Assembly: GCA_965223265.1 (NCBI GenBank)
Contig: OZ244999.1
Span: 6,080,001-6,144,000, forward strand
DNA: 64,000 bases
Direction: 5' to 3'
DNA from: Planctomycetota bacterium
Lineage (GTDB): Bacteria; Planctomycetota; UBA8108; SXIK01
Shown: in pieces, positions 11,901 through 20,931 of the stretch
Layout of the letters: each line of letters begins with the position of its first letter
Numbering within the stretch: position 1 is the first letter of the stretch
The notes under the pieces: generated by a model
Database searches by the model: none
What the model was told of the DNA's origin: nothing
The model's input: only the letters and a program-made list of their open reading frames with translations
Position numbers and translations under genes: made by a program

Positions 11901-13826
11901 GACTATGCGTCGAGCTTCGTTACATATGAATATGATGAGGTGGGAAACCTGAAACGATGGAGCGACTTAAGAGGTTTTCATTCACTCTCTTACGACCTTC
12001 GTAACAGTGTCACTTCGATGAAAAGAGGTGACGGTCTAATTCTTACGTATACTTACGATAACGTTCGAAATCGGAAGACGCTTACCGACGAAATCGGTGG
12101 CTTGCAAACTTATTCATATGACGCCCTCAACCGTGTCGAGGTTCTCGTCAATCCCGCAAACGAGAAGACCACTTTCAGCTATGATTCTTTGAGTAGAGTT
12201 CGGTTGATCGAGTGCGCGAATAACACCGATACGACTTATGGTTATGATGCGACGGGCGGCGTCAATGAGATTAGGACATATAAGAGAAGTGACCCCGGCG
12301 TCATACTCTCGACCCAAACGTACACCTTAGACCGATCTGGGCGACCTAAGGAAATGTTTCGTGTCGGGCACGGCGCGGTCCCGGTGACTGCAATCACAAC
12401 GTTCATATTTGACAAAGATCACCGGATTGTACGAGAAAAGAGGACATCGTCGAACTCCACAAACGAATTCGATATTACGTACACCTATGATAAGGCGAAT
12501 AATGTAAAAACGAAAGAAAGAGATGCCGTCGTTACCACTTTTTTCTACGATGCGCGCGGTTCTCTGACTGATGTTGAGGCGGCGGCTTCGTCAGAGTCGC
12601 GGACCCTCGAGTATGACCCCCGAGCCAATCTTGTTCTCGTTGACCAGGACGCTGGGCTGACGACGTATGTGTATGATGAGGAAAGTAGGCTGACTAAAGT
12701 TGAAGATAGTACTTCGGGGGCGGTGTTGAGTCAGGTCTATCGCTACGACGCTTTTAGTGATCGTTCTTCCTGGACCGATGAGGATGGTGCTTTTGTTACG
12801 GAGGTGAGAGATCAGGAAGGGCTTCTATCTCAAGACCGTGGGGTAGGTAGGAACAGGTTTACCGATGTCTCGCTACCATCGGGTAGGCAGGTGGTTAGTC
12901 AAAGCAGCGGATCAAGGTTTTATACGTTCAATTCCTTAGGGTCTTTGGACACTCTCGCTGGTTCATCTGCTTCGTTCCAAGGGGAATTTATATCGACTTG
13001 GTTTTGTGATGTTGTTTCAGATGTGTCGGGTGATTCGGGGCAGATTATAGTCCCGAAATGTCGGGCGAGAGAGGGTTGGTTGACAGACTCTAGTGGCGGT
13101 ATTCCGGAGGCCTTTAACAACCTGGCCCGGTGGGAGCAAGGTTCGGACTTTCATTACTGGCCATTTGCCTACGGAATTTTGTGGATTACAGAGGTGTATA
13201 AATGGATAGACGAGTTTATTCATCGACGATGTGGTCCAGATGTGACGGATTGGCTGAAGCGAGAGATGGCAATAAACTCATCTACGAAACATCTTCAGCC
13301 TCCTCCTCGCTGGCTTCTTGCCTTGCCTGTAATTGGAGCGGTTTATCTCGCGGATCATCTGCTTGCGTTTGCGAATTGTGTGAAGCCGCGAGCCGTCTGG
13401 GACTTTAAGAGTCAACATCGTTGGGTGGTCGATGGGTGTCCGTCGCAGGACTGCCGTAACACAGTTTCGATTTGTGGAATCTGTTTCCATCAGGACGTCC
13501 CGGGGAACATTCACTATGGGTATTTATGCAGAGCATTCGGATTTCGAGATTCGGTATGTTTGGCGGCTCCCGCAGTGCCAGCGCTCGGGAATGAACCGGC
13601 ACACGATGTTTGGGCAGTGTTAATCGGAATGACCGTTTACGACAAGAATGCAGACCTCTGCAAATTGGTGACTTTGCTGAACGGCTTCATGAATCGAGGA
13701 GCGCCGGGAGAGCGAGGTTACGCAGTTCCCTGTAGACCATGTTCGATCCGGTACGACGCTCCGAATCGACCATGTAATCCCAAACCTCTCCCACCGTACG
13801 TTGCGGATCCGATGTACGGGTACTAA
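8964..13826 (+). CDS. RHS/YD-repeat protein with C-terminal Ntox44-like toxin domain
   Basis: Dozens of TTYxYD repeats; VNIASG near N-terminus; tip WDFK..DVPGNIHYGYLCRAFG..D..AVLIG resembles Ntox44. Confidence 0.88.
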   Translation: MTSAGGWTPLTGAKVPAEATHPSQMSFPTPKAPKVTIPSTTDDGFMDPFNCGGHCGCEGNCSSSGSRPAAVNIASGSLLYHYKIPENTIPVEIYYESDQAGILALGTADGWTTNLHRRIEKSGTTVTVKTSDGGSVDYEKGTSVVYYPTAGYDNIVVESPVIADLFTEILPNGVKFVYDLSESGRLTNIEDPDGRKWTFTYSTGTQLSSVENHRSRLVTLHYDGSRIEAIEDTAGRLTSFSYTSGKLSQIEDAVGCLTTFEYTTGTVEMDLIEDPDHRTEVVYSSSKVQTVKGVDANDTTNKDFTTFTYASSTETAVKNPLGQVTSYLYDSSEKYLDALENAEEEVTTFNWSSTARRVTSVVNPRSVTTRYTWELVSSETGETRRRLKAIEPGDQGDFVTYTYEAAGSYRVKSEKDQLGNVTTYTYDEGHLRSLQNAKRELTTWVYANDVLTSIEDARGNPTTLTFGSQGLVQTVEDAEGNVTTFGYDAAANPAYAIDALNHRTTFAYDASNRRTVTHDAQGGITTITYEVCGLVQSETDARGYTTTYTYDHNGQRTETIDALENIWTFTYDKARNRISQQDALARVATWTYDKVGRAVARVDALDQTSTTSYDANGNVISQEDPSGAIVTTQYDDLDRVQVSIDALKYRTTYAYDAAGNQTSITDARGNVTTKSYDELNRLESEHRADGGISTTVYDEVGNVRATIDTRNYRTTNTYNKVNRLIAVENATNYVTTTSYDATGRRRSEENARGAVTTWSYDKIGRVIDESDPLECHTTYAYDASGNRTSRTDARGNRSDLVYDELGRRTVEVSPLSERTTTSYDAVGNATEIQYPNGDLLTRTFDSLNRRVTETNPAGYVQTIIYDDVQRAHGAIDFDGNRTTRMFDARGDLSTEISSEEILVTYTYDEARNRRSREDGAGKLTTFSYDGLNRLEAIEDPLKYLTTFSYDTEGNLSLRMNAGGIVTTYSYDEINRRSRIDYASSFVTYEYDEVGNLKRWSDLRGFHSLSYDLRNSVTSMKRGDGLILTYTYDNVRNRKTLTDEIGGLQTYSYDALNRVEVLVNPANEKTTFSYDSLSRVRLIECANNTDTTYGYDATGGVNEIRTYKRSDPGVILSTQTYTLDRSGRPKEMFRVGHGAVPVTAITTFIFDKDHRIVREKRTSSNSTNEFDITYTYDKANNVKTKERDAVVTTFFYDARGSLTDVEAAASSESRTLEYDPRANLVLVDQDAGLTTYVYDEESRLTKVEDSTSGAVLSQVYRYDAFSDRSSWTDEDGAFVTEVRDQEGLLSQDRGVGRNRFTDVSLPSGRQVVSQSSGSRFYTFNSLGSLDTLAGSSASFQGEFISTWFCDVVSDVSGDSGQIIVPKCRAREGWLTDSSGGIPEAFNNLARWEQGSDFHYWPFAYGILWITEVYKWIDEFIHRRCGPDVTDWLKREMAINSSTKHLQPPPRWLLALPVIGAVYLADHLLAFANCVKPRAVWDFKSQHRWVVDGCPSQDCRNTVSICGICFHQDVPGNIHYGYLCRAFGFRDSVCLAAPAVPALGNEPAHDVWAVLIGMTVYDKNADLCKLVTLLNGFMNRGAPGERGYAVPCRPCSIRYDAPNRPCNPKPLPPYVADPMYGY

Positions 13827-13829
13827 GCG

Positions 13830-14167
13830 TTGGACGTACGACCGCCTCCGCGAGTTCCGTGATTTCTATCCTAGTTCTTTACTGAAAAGAGAAACTCTCG
13901 ACGTTGAGATCGAAGCCTCGTTTTCAACGCACAATCACAGAGGTCGAGCGCGTCGCGCTCACGAGTGTTTTCGACTTGTCGCCATCCGTAACGAAGACCA
14001 CGGCCAGTATCACCTTTACGTCACCAACGTCGAACACGACGATCTCATCGCCGAGGAGGTCGCCAGCGTCTACCGCTATCGCTGGGAAATCGAACTCATC
14101 TTCAACGAGCTGGAGTCCGGCTACCGAATGGACCAGCTGACGAGTCGGCGCTTCCCACGTGGTGGAA
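13830..14167 (+). pseudogene. IS4-family transposase remnant (part before IS256 insertion)
   Basis: YHLYVTN..EVASVYRYRWEIELIFNELES (YREK-like motif); continues after 20418. Confidence 0.75.
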
Positions 14168-14225
14168 GGGATATTCTCGAAAGTTGTGGCCTGACGAGTA
14201 AACGAAAGGCGGCGTATCCTTTCTT

Positions 14226-14948
14226 GTGACCAAACAAGAAACACGCCCGAAAGGGCGGAAAGGATACGCCTTGGAGAAGAACGTACCAAGTCAGCAGACC
14301 GATAGCGAGCCTCGCCTATCGCTCGACGAAATCGTGCGGGACGGAGCGCAGAAGATGCTGCAAGCGGCCCTTGAGACCGAGATCGAAGTGCAGCAGCATT
14401 CGGGAATCGTCGATGAACAGGGACGACGACAGGTCGTCCGAAACGGCCACCTACCCGAGCGCGAGCTCCTCACCGGCGCTGGGAGACTCTCGGTGGAACA
14501 GCCTCGGGCTAGAGATCGTCGAGAACTGCCGGGAGAGGAGAAGATCCGATTCAGCTCTTCGATCCTCCCTCCGTATCTTCGTCGCTCCAAGAATCTCGAT
14601 GAGTTGATCCCGTGGCTCTATCTGCGGAATCTCCAGTGGAGACTTCTCAGGTGCTCTGGAGGGACTCGTTGGTCCTGAAGCGAGGAATCTCTCAGCGAAC
14701 GTCGTGACTCGTCTCACTGAGACCTGGAAGACGGAGTACGAGACATGGAGTCGTCGTGATCTCTCTGAGAAGACCTACGTTTACCTCTGGGCTGACGGCG
14801 TGTATTTCAACGTCCGGCTGGACGAAGAGAGGCAGTGTATCCTTGTTCTCATGGGGGCAACCAGCGATGGCCGCAAGGAACTCATCGGGATCCTTGACGG
14901 TTATCGCGAGAGTGAGCAGAGCTGGAGGGAACTCCTATTGGATCTGAA
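14226..14948 (+). pseudogene. IS256 transposase N-terminal part (frameshifted, interrupted)
   Basis: VVRNGHLPER..RFSSSILPPY..YLWADGVYF..GYRESEQSW..LLLDL. Confidence 0.85.
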
Positions 14949-15093
14949 TGTCATTCCCGGCAGAAGTTGACCCGTGTTCCCGGGCTCGGTTGACCCACCT
15001 CATTCGGCGTTTCTCATTCGACTGCGATTTCGACACCACTGCATCTCATTCCCCTTGATGTGCGGGACAACGAACGGGCCGACGGCGATGAGA

Positions 15094-15127
15094 AAAGCCC
15101 CGAGACCAGGTTTGGCGTCGGGGCTTT
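15094..15127 (-). terminator. Putative hairpin terminator after istB
   Basis: AAAGCCCCGA..TCGGGGCTTT stem just downstream of the istB stop. Confidence 0.4.
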
Positions 15128-15156
15128 CGGGGTGGCGTGTTGCTGCGAGGTCGTCG

Positions 15157-16017
15157 CTATGCGCCCACGTCGGCCGGCGTAGTGCGCTCCTTCGGTGGTG
15201 TCTGCTGAGACGGCGCCTCGTTGCTCGGCGATTTACGCTGCGGACGCGTTGGCCGGATGCTCGCGCCCGTCAGCCGTATCCCCTGTGCGCCCTCCAGCAG
15301 CCGATCACTGAAGGCCATGCCCATTGCCTTTGAGGGAAAGAACTGCCACCACTCGGTGACGTCGGTATTTGAGGTGACGATGGTCGCACCCGAGGCGAGT
15401 TCGTGACGGTCAACGATGAGGCTGAAGAGAAACTCCACCTTCTCCGGTGCGTAGGGAAGGTAGGCGAGGTCGTCGAGGATGAGTAGATCGACGTCGCGCA
15501 CACACTTGTAGACTTTGCCGAAGTGAAACGAGCTGCGCTTGGAGTAGAGGGTATCGACAAGATCGGCGGTGTTGAAGCTCAAGACCTTGAAGGCGCGCTT
15601 CAGCGCTTCCACACCGAGCGTACGCGCCAGGAAAGTCTTCCCGGTGCCGACGCCGCCGGCGAGGATTACGTTGCGCCGCGCACGCACAAACTCGCACTGC
15701 GCGAGGTCGCGCACCACGGCAGGCTCGAGGCCGTGCTCACGGGCAAGATCGAAGTCGAAGTGCTCGAGCCCGTACGCTTCGCTCAACCCAGAGACTTTGA
15801 GGTGGCGTTCGAAACGCCTCTGGCGTTTTCTCACCTCCTCACGCTGAAAAAGCTCGAAGAGCAGTTCGAGCTGACCCCAACCTTCCCTCTGCGAGGTTTC
15901 TAAAAGTTCGGCCAGTTCCTCTGCCATGGAGGTGAGCCTGAGTGCCCGCAGCATGGCGCAGAGCGCATCGAGAGTGTTGTCGCCGGGGCGCCCGGCCGTC
16001 GCGTTACTCGTCGTCAT
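15157..16017 (-). CDS. istB: IS21 helper ATPase IstB
   Basis: GGVGTGKT Walker A, LLILDDL Walker B, TIVTSN, SDRL. Confidence 0.92.
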   Translation of the reverse strand: MTTSNATAGRPGDNTLDALCAMLRALRLTSMAEELAELLETSQREGWGQLELLFELFQREEVRKRQRRFERHLKVSGLSEAYGLEHFDFDLAREHGLEPAVVRDLAQCEFVRARRNVILAGGVGTGKTFLARTLGVEALKRAFKVLSFNTADLVDTLYSKRSSFHFGKVYKCVRDVDLLILDDLAYLPYAPEKVEFLFSLIVDRHELASGATIVTSNTDVTEWWQFFPSKAMGMAFSDRLLEGAQGIRLTGASIRPTRPQRKSPSNEAPSQQTPPKERTTPADVGA

Positions 16018-17606
16018 CGCTGCTCCTCCTGCTCGTTGTTTGACTCGTCATCTTCGACGCTCTCGCCGAAGAATGTTCCGTACTGATCTGGCGAGCCGGG
16101 ATCGACCGAGCCGAGTGACAGCCCTCTCGGCATCTCATCCGACATCACACCGATGTGGCCTGTGGGACGCTCGCGGCTGAGAAGCTCCCGCACGTACCCG
16201 GCGGTCGCAGTCCCATCAGTCAAGGCACGCTCAAGCGCAGCTTCGAGCTCTTCGCGACGGTAACGGCGCGCAAGGGTGAGGACCTCACGTAGGTGAATCG
16301 GTGCGATCGAGCGCAAGTTCCGCTTGAGCTCCTCAAGGAAGCGCTTGTGAGCAGAGAAACGTTCCAGAAACTGACGTTCGAGCTCAGGTGTGCTCGTGTG
16401 ACGACGACGTTTGCGCAGCTCGGCGTAGTGCTCCTCGTTGACGATGAGCTGGCCTTTGTCTTCCGACAGCAGGTGCTCGGCGATGAGCTCGCCCTTTTGG
16501 TTGTGGATCAAGAGATCGGTAACGCCGATCGATACCCACACCTTGCGCAAGCCGTTTTCTACGAGACGCGATGGCACCGTGTAGCGGTTGCCACAGACCG
16601 ACACCGTACAGTCTTTCTCTACGAGCCGCGTCTCTACATGGCGGTGAAGGAGATCCGTCTTTGGCAGAGGGTAGAGATACTCCTTCTCCTGGAGCCAGCG
16701 CTCGTGCGGCACTTCCTGCGTGCTCGAGTGCTTGCGGCGGTTGCCTTCCTCTGGATCTTCACCGCCATCGAGCCAGCGGCGAAGCTGTGCGTTGAAATCC
16801 TCGAGTGACTCAAATTCGCGATGTGGAAGAAAGCCTCTCTCGCAGTAATAAAATGGCCTTTCGACCTTCCCTTTGCGCTCCTTGTCGCCTGGCGCGCAAA
16901 GAAACACTTCGAAGCCGTAGTGCTCACTGAAGGCGCGAAAGTCATCGCTGAGAAGCGGTCGGCCATCGATTTCAAACGAAGCGATCGTTTTCTGCCAGTC
17001 GTAGACGATGCGCCACGGCACGCCCTCAAAGTAGCGGAAGGCGGCGACGTGACCGTGAAGGAGCGTGGAGCGCTGCTGATCGAAGTACGCTCTGAGAAAC
17101 TGCTGACGACTCCAGCACAGAATCAGACTGAAGACTTGTACCTTCGTGAGCTTGCCTGCGATCTTCACTCGGTACTCGGTCCAATCCTGCTGTGATTCCT
17201 CCGCTGGCTGCGTCTCGAAGCGCGCGTACGCCTTGCGACTGCGGCGCCACCGGCCGCGACGACTGCGCACGTACTCCTCGAGAATCGTGCGGCCGCCGGG
17301 GTAGCCGAGTTTGCGGATCTCCTTGAGGATCAGCCGCACGCTGATTGGCCTTGTACGAGGGCTGGCCTGCAGGATCCGCTCGTCTTTTTCGAGGATCGCC
17401 TCGATGTGTCTCTTGTAAGGCTCCAGGACGGAAGTGCGCGGCGCCGCGCTCTCCTTGCGTTTCTCTCTGCGCCTGACCTTCAGTGTCGGCTCGAGTATCT
17501 CCCGCACGGTGTTGCGCGAGATTGCGAGCTTGCGTGCGATCGCACGGCTGCCGAGTCCGGCTCTCCTCAGCTTTTTGACACGATCTCGTGTCTCTGGTTT
17601 GATCAT
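16014..17606 (-). CDS. istA: IS21 transposase IstA
   Basis: MIKPE..IARKLAISRNTVR HTH; RFETQP..QDW; KGKVERPF. Likely start ATG 17606, though the frame is open to 17903. Confidence 0.9.
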   Translation of the reverse strand: MIKPETRDRVKKLRRAGLGSRAIARKLAISRNTVREILEPTLKVRRREKRKESAAPRTSVLEPYKRHIEAILEKDERILQASPRTRPISVRLILKEIRKLGYPGGRTILEEYVRSRRGRWRRSRKAYARFETQPAEESQQDWTEYRVKIAGKLTKVQVFSLILCWSRQQFLRAYFDQQRSTLLHGHVAAFRYFEGVPWRIVYDWQKTIASFEIDGRPLLSDDFRAFSEHYGFEVFLCAPGDKERKGKVERPFYYCERGFLPHREFESLEDFNAQLRRWLDGGEDPEEGNRRKHSSTQEVPHERWLQEKEYLYPLPKTDLLHRHVETRLVEKDCTVSVCGNRYTVPSRLVENGLRKVWVSIGVTDLLIHNQKGELIAEHLLSEDKGQLIVNEEHYAELRKRRRHTSTPELERQFLERFSAHKRFLEELKRNLRSIAPIHLREVLTLARRYRREELEAALERALTDGTATAGYVRELLSRERPTGHIGVMSDEMPRGLSLGSVDPGSPDQYGTFFGESVEDDESNNEQEEQR

Positions 17607-18453
17607 TCGTCGTAGCTCCGCTGACAGTGACCCGTCGCCCCTTCTCCCTGACCACCAGGGGACTGGGTGACGCCTTTTCTTCAAGATGTGTGGCGGCGCG
17701 CTCGATCCGCTCTGCGAGCGCACCGAGGACTTTGCGTGCGCGCTCGGGGTCTTCCTGAAGACTGAGCTCAAGCAGCTCGTCGACCGAGCGGCGTAGCTCA
17801 CCGAGCGCTTGAGGCGCAAGCGGCGCAAGAGACTCCAGTTCGCACAGTGCGGCGCGTGGGTCCTCGCGAAGCCGCGCGCGTTCGGTGGCGTCTTTTGACT
17901 CAAGCAGCCGCAGAAAGCGGATCGCCTCGTGAAGCGAGAGCGACGCCGCGCTCACGGCAAGCGCCGTCGCCACTTGCTCGGTGGGATCGAGCCGTGCCAG
18001 TGAAAGGATCACCGTCGGACGAAAGAGCCGTTCGGGAACGACGTCGTAGACCTCGTGCTCGAGCCTCTTCACAATCTCCAAGCGGTGACGGACCCAGCGG
18101 CGGCTCCGGCCGAGTCCTCGGGCAAGCGCCCGCTCGGTGAGCTTGTCTCGCACGGTGAGATCGGCAATGACGGCAAGCTCTTCGCGCAGCGTCGTTCGAC
18201 GACGCGGACTGTTGCGCTTGAGTCGCTCGAGCTTTCCCTCGACCCGACTCCAGGACTTCACGACGACCCAGACCTCGTCGACAGCCTGGGACTTCAGCGC
18301 GAAGAAACGCTTGAAGCCATCGACGAGCAGGAGACGCTTTCCCTCCTGAAGGACGAAGAGCGGCTGCTCTGGCTCGAGCGTCGTCTCTGCCGAGTTGCTC
18401 TCAAAAAGCTCAAGTGAGATCTCGCTGAGCGCGACCTTGCGCAAGCTGCTCAT
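17026..18453 (-). CDS. ParB/Spo0J-like protein (plausible part about 17600-18453; frame runs on over istA)
   Basis: LLVDGFKRF..N..R..EE..LARGLGRSRRWVRHRL ParB nucleotide-binding and HTH motifs. Confidence 0.75.
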   Translation of the reverse strand: MSSLRKVALSEISLELFESNSAETTLEPEQPLFVLQEGKRLLLVDGFKRFFALKSQAVDEVWVVVKSWSRVEGKLERLKRNSPRRRTTLREELAVIADLTVRDKLTERALARGLGRSRRWVRHRLEIVKRLEHEVYDVVPERLFRPTVILSLARLDPTEQVATALAVSAASLSLHEAIRFLRLLESKDATERARLREDPRAALCELESLAPLAPQALGELRRSVDELLELSLQEDPERARKVLGALAERIERAATHLEEKASPSPLVVREKGRRVTVSGATTNDQTRDTRSCQKAEESRTRQPCDRTQARNLAQHRAGDTRADTEGQAQRETQGERGAAHFRPGALQETHRGDPRKRRADPAGQPSYKANQRAADPQGDPQTRLPRRPHDSRGVRAQSSRPVAPQSQGVRALRDAASGGITAGLDRVPSEDRRQAHEGTSLQSDSVLESSAVSQSVLRSAALHAPSRSRRRLPLL

Positions 18454-18773
18454 CGCACCCGCCTCTGGGGTAACGAGAGCACCTGAAAGGTCGGATATTC
18501 AAACGCGACGAGATCCTTCTCGATGAGTCCGCCCAGTGCGTGGAGGTGATCGTCGAGCGAGAATCCCAGGCACTCTGCGATGCGAGCGTGGCTCCAGAAG
18601 CTCGTTCCTTCGGGGCCGGCTACCAGTGTGAGAAAGAAGTAGAGTGCGATCTCGTCGCGCGAGAGTTCAGTGATGAGTCCGCGATGGAACAGATCGCGAT
18701 CGATCCACGAGAACTGCCGGGGAATCGTGCGCACGCGCTCCGGGCGCACAGCGTCTCTGCGAGGGTCGGACAT
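18450..18773 (-). CDS. Small winged-HTH protein associated with IS21 elements
   Basis: PRQFSWIDR..ALYFFL..GTSFWS..LIEKDLVAF; overlaps the ParB-like gene start (ATGA). Confidence 0.7.
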   Translation of the reverse strand: MSDPRRDAVRPERVRTIPRQFSWIDRDLFHRGLITELSRDEIALYFFLTLVAGPEGTSFWSHARIAECLGFSLDDHLHALGGLIEKDLVAFEYPTFQVLSLPQRRVR

Positions 18774-18890
18774 GGCGAGTCTCCCTGAAAGTCTGTGTTA
18801 GGGGGTTGTTCCATGTGGCCGTTTGGCGGCAGAATTGGAACACTCGCCAAGGTATGATCTCTTCGTCACTTAGGACGAAATGAGAGAAGC

Positions 18891-19229
18891 GTGCACATCG
18901 GAATACACACACGCTGGGAGGTGCTCGAGGACAAGCTCGAGCTGCGCGAGCACCCACGCTCAAAGCGCGGCACATGGCAACTCTCCCGACTCCCCGAGAA
19001 GCTCTCGAAACAGGGACCGAACTACCTCTTCGTCGCCGTCGACGGCGTGTGGCAGGGCTACTTCACACTCGACGACGAGATCCTGTGGAACCCCGAGGAG
19101 AGGCGCTGCCAGTATTCTCTCGTCTTTGACACCGAGACCTGGGTCGACATCCGACCGATCAAGACGAAGCGATTTCGCGGCTTCACCTACAACACTCCAC
19201 CGCTCCAGGAGATCCAGCGCGTGCGATAA
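18891..19229 (+). CDS. Hypothetical passenger protein inside IS21
   Basis: 112 aa with coding-like composition, aromatic and beta-rich, ends RFRGFTY; divergent from the transposition genes. Confidence 0.6.
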   Translation: MHIGIHTRWEVLEDKLELREHPRSKRGTWQLSRLPEKLSKQGPNYLFVAVDGVWQGYFTLDDEILWNPEERRCQYSLVFDTETWVDIRPIKTKRFRGFTYNTPPLQEIQRVR

Positions 19230-19369
19230 TCCTGCGCCCGCCGGTCAACTTCACACTTCACACCGGCTGACTACTCAACGCGCCGCCGCCACTCAGCGGG
19301 TCAACCGATCACCGGCACGTGGGTCAATTCTTGCCGGCAACGCGGGTCAACTTTTGGGCGGCATTGACA

Positions 19370-19938
19370 CTGAAAGCTGTAGGCCTGAAGAGCGCACCGA
19401 AGATCGCCGTTGGAGACGGTGCCTTGGGGTTCTGGGCAGCCCTTCGGAAAATCTTTCCAACGACGCGAGAGCAACGTTGTCGGGTCCATAAAATAGCTAA
19501 CGTGCTGAACAAGCTTTCACGGTCGGTGCAGGCGAAGGCCAAAAAGAAAATCCACGAGATCTGGATGGCCGAGACGCGAGAGGACGCGAACAAGGCGTTC
19601 GATCTTTTCCTCGAGAAGTACAAGGTCAAGTACTCGGGTGCAGTCGACTGTCTGGAGAAAGACCGCGACGTCCTTCTGGGATTCTATGACTTCCCAGCGG
19701 AACACTGGATCCACCTACGGACGACAAACCCGATCGAATCGATGTTCGCCACGGTCCATCTCCGTCACCGACGTACGAAGGGAAACGGAACGCGTGCAGC
19801 GTGCCGTGCGATGGCCTTCAAGCTCGCCCGTGGCGCGGAGAAAAACTGGCGACGACTGAACTCCCCACTCTGCTTTCGAAGATTCTCGAGGGTTACAACT
19901 TCGTGGATGGAATCATGCAAGAGAAGGACGCCGCCTGA
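19370..19938 (+). pseudogene. IS256 transposase C-terminal part
   Basis: AVGDGALGFW..QRCRVHK..FYDFPAEHW..RTTNPIES; frameshift near 19870. Confidence 0.85.
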
Positions 19939-19968
19939 TTCTCAGGCCACAACATTTGACAGTTTCCC

Positions 19969-20356
19969 GTGCGACCGCGGCCAGCGTTACTGTTCCGTTG
20001 AGTGCCGACAGGCTTCGAGGCGCCGTCAGGTACGAGAGGCCGCGCAGCGGTACCAACGCACTTTCGGCGGGGCGGAGAATCATCGACTTCGACAACGACG
20101 TTACCGTGACCGGCGAACAGTTACGCGAGGCTGTGTGACTCATCAACCTAGGCCCGATGGCGCGAGAATGGTCGAAAACCCGGCGTTCTCGTCGAAAATC
20201 CAGCGTCCGAGCACTCCGAATCCTGGCCACTGCCTCGCCTGCGGAAGAGGAAGCAACGGCTGGTATTCGTGGTTCCATCTCAGGAGCGGGCGAGATCCTG
20301 AGGTCGACGCCTCAAAATGGCCAGGCAAGCGCCGGAAGCGCTTAATCATCGAATAG
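19969..20356 (+). pseudogene. Captured fragment of a Cys-rich ORF of the type found upstream of IS21 istA
   Basis: CDRGQRYCSVEC..RYQ..G..NHRLRQRRYR; lies between the two IS256 right ends. Confidence 0.5.
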
Positions 20357-20418
20357 TGTCCTTTTTCGCCCACCGTCAACACGCCTAATTCTCAGGCCAC
20401 AACATTTGACAGTTTCCC

Positions 20419-20650
20419 GTGGTGGAAGCGTTCGTCTACTGTGCAATTCTGACGCTTTTGTCAGCCGAGAGCTCCTGCTCACCTTGCCTCACGAGTCCCC
20501 AGAGTGCCGAGCGAGTCGCGGGCGTTGGTGGAAACTACACCTTCCGTGCACGAAATTGTCGGCCCTCATACCGACAGGCGTCCACTCTTTAGGTGTTTGG
20601 TTGATGTGGCGGCGTAAGTTTCATCACTACAGCACTTTGAGTGTTGTCCA
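20419..20650 (+). pseudogene. IS4 transposase C-terminal remnant
   Basis: VVEAFVYCAILTLL continues the IS4 frame across the TSD. Confidence 0.6.
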
Positions 20651-20931
20651 ATGCCGCATGGGTAAGCGCACGAGAGCGTTCGAGTCAGAAGCGGCGCGAC
20701 GTCTTGGTGGTCGGGTCTTCGCACTGGCGACGACCGGTTCTGGAGCGAAGCATCGGGGGAGACTTAACGACGCTCGAAGCTGAGAAATCCATTGTCGAAA
20801 GGCACTGGGGAGATCTACGCGGAAAGTCTTTGGCACCTTCTCCCCCGAGGAGATTAATTGTCCCCATTGAAAGAAGTTTTTGACGGCAACCACTTAACGA
20901 GATACATCGCGCGAGCAGATTTGGGGGAAGT

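Larger units (their letters stand above)
14949..19369 (-). mobile_element. IS21-family element carrying HTH, ParB-like and passenger genes
   Basis: TGTCA..AGTTGACCC terminal IRs with internal GGGTCAA repeats; 5-bp TSD CTGAA at 14944-14948 and 19370-19374. Confidence 0.9.
14168..20418 (+). mobile_element. IS256-family element with duplicated right end, interrupted by an IS21
   Basis: Left IR GGGATATTCTCGAAAGTTGTGGCCTGA; right IR TCAGGCCACAACATTTGACAGTTTCCC ending at 19968 and again at 20418; 9-bp TSD GTGGTGGAA at 14159-14167 and 20419-20427. Confidence 0.85.

Noticed and set aside
19319-20356. 345-aa transposase/Zn-finger fusion
   Set aside because: Chimeric read-through across the IS21 end, the IS256 tail and the captured fragment.
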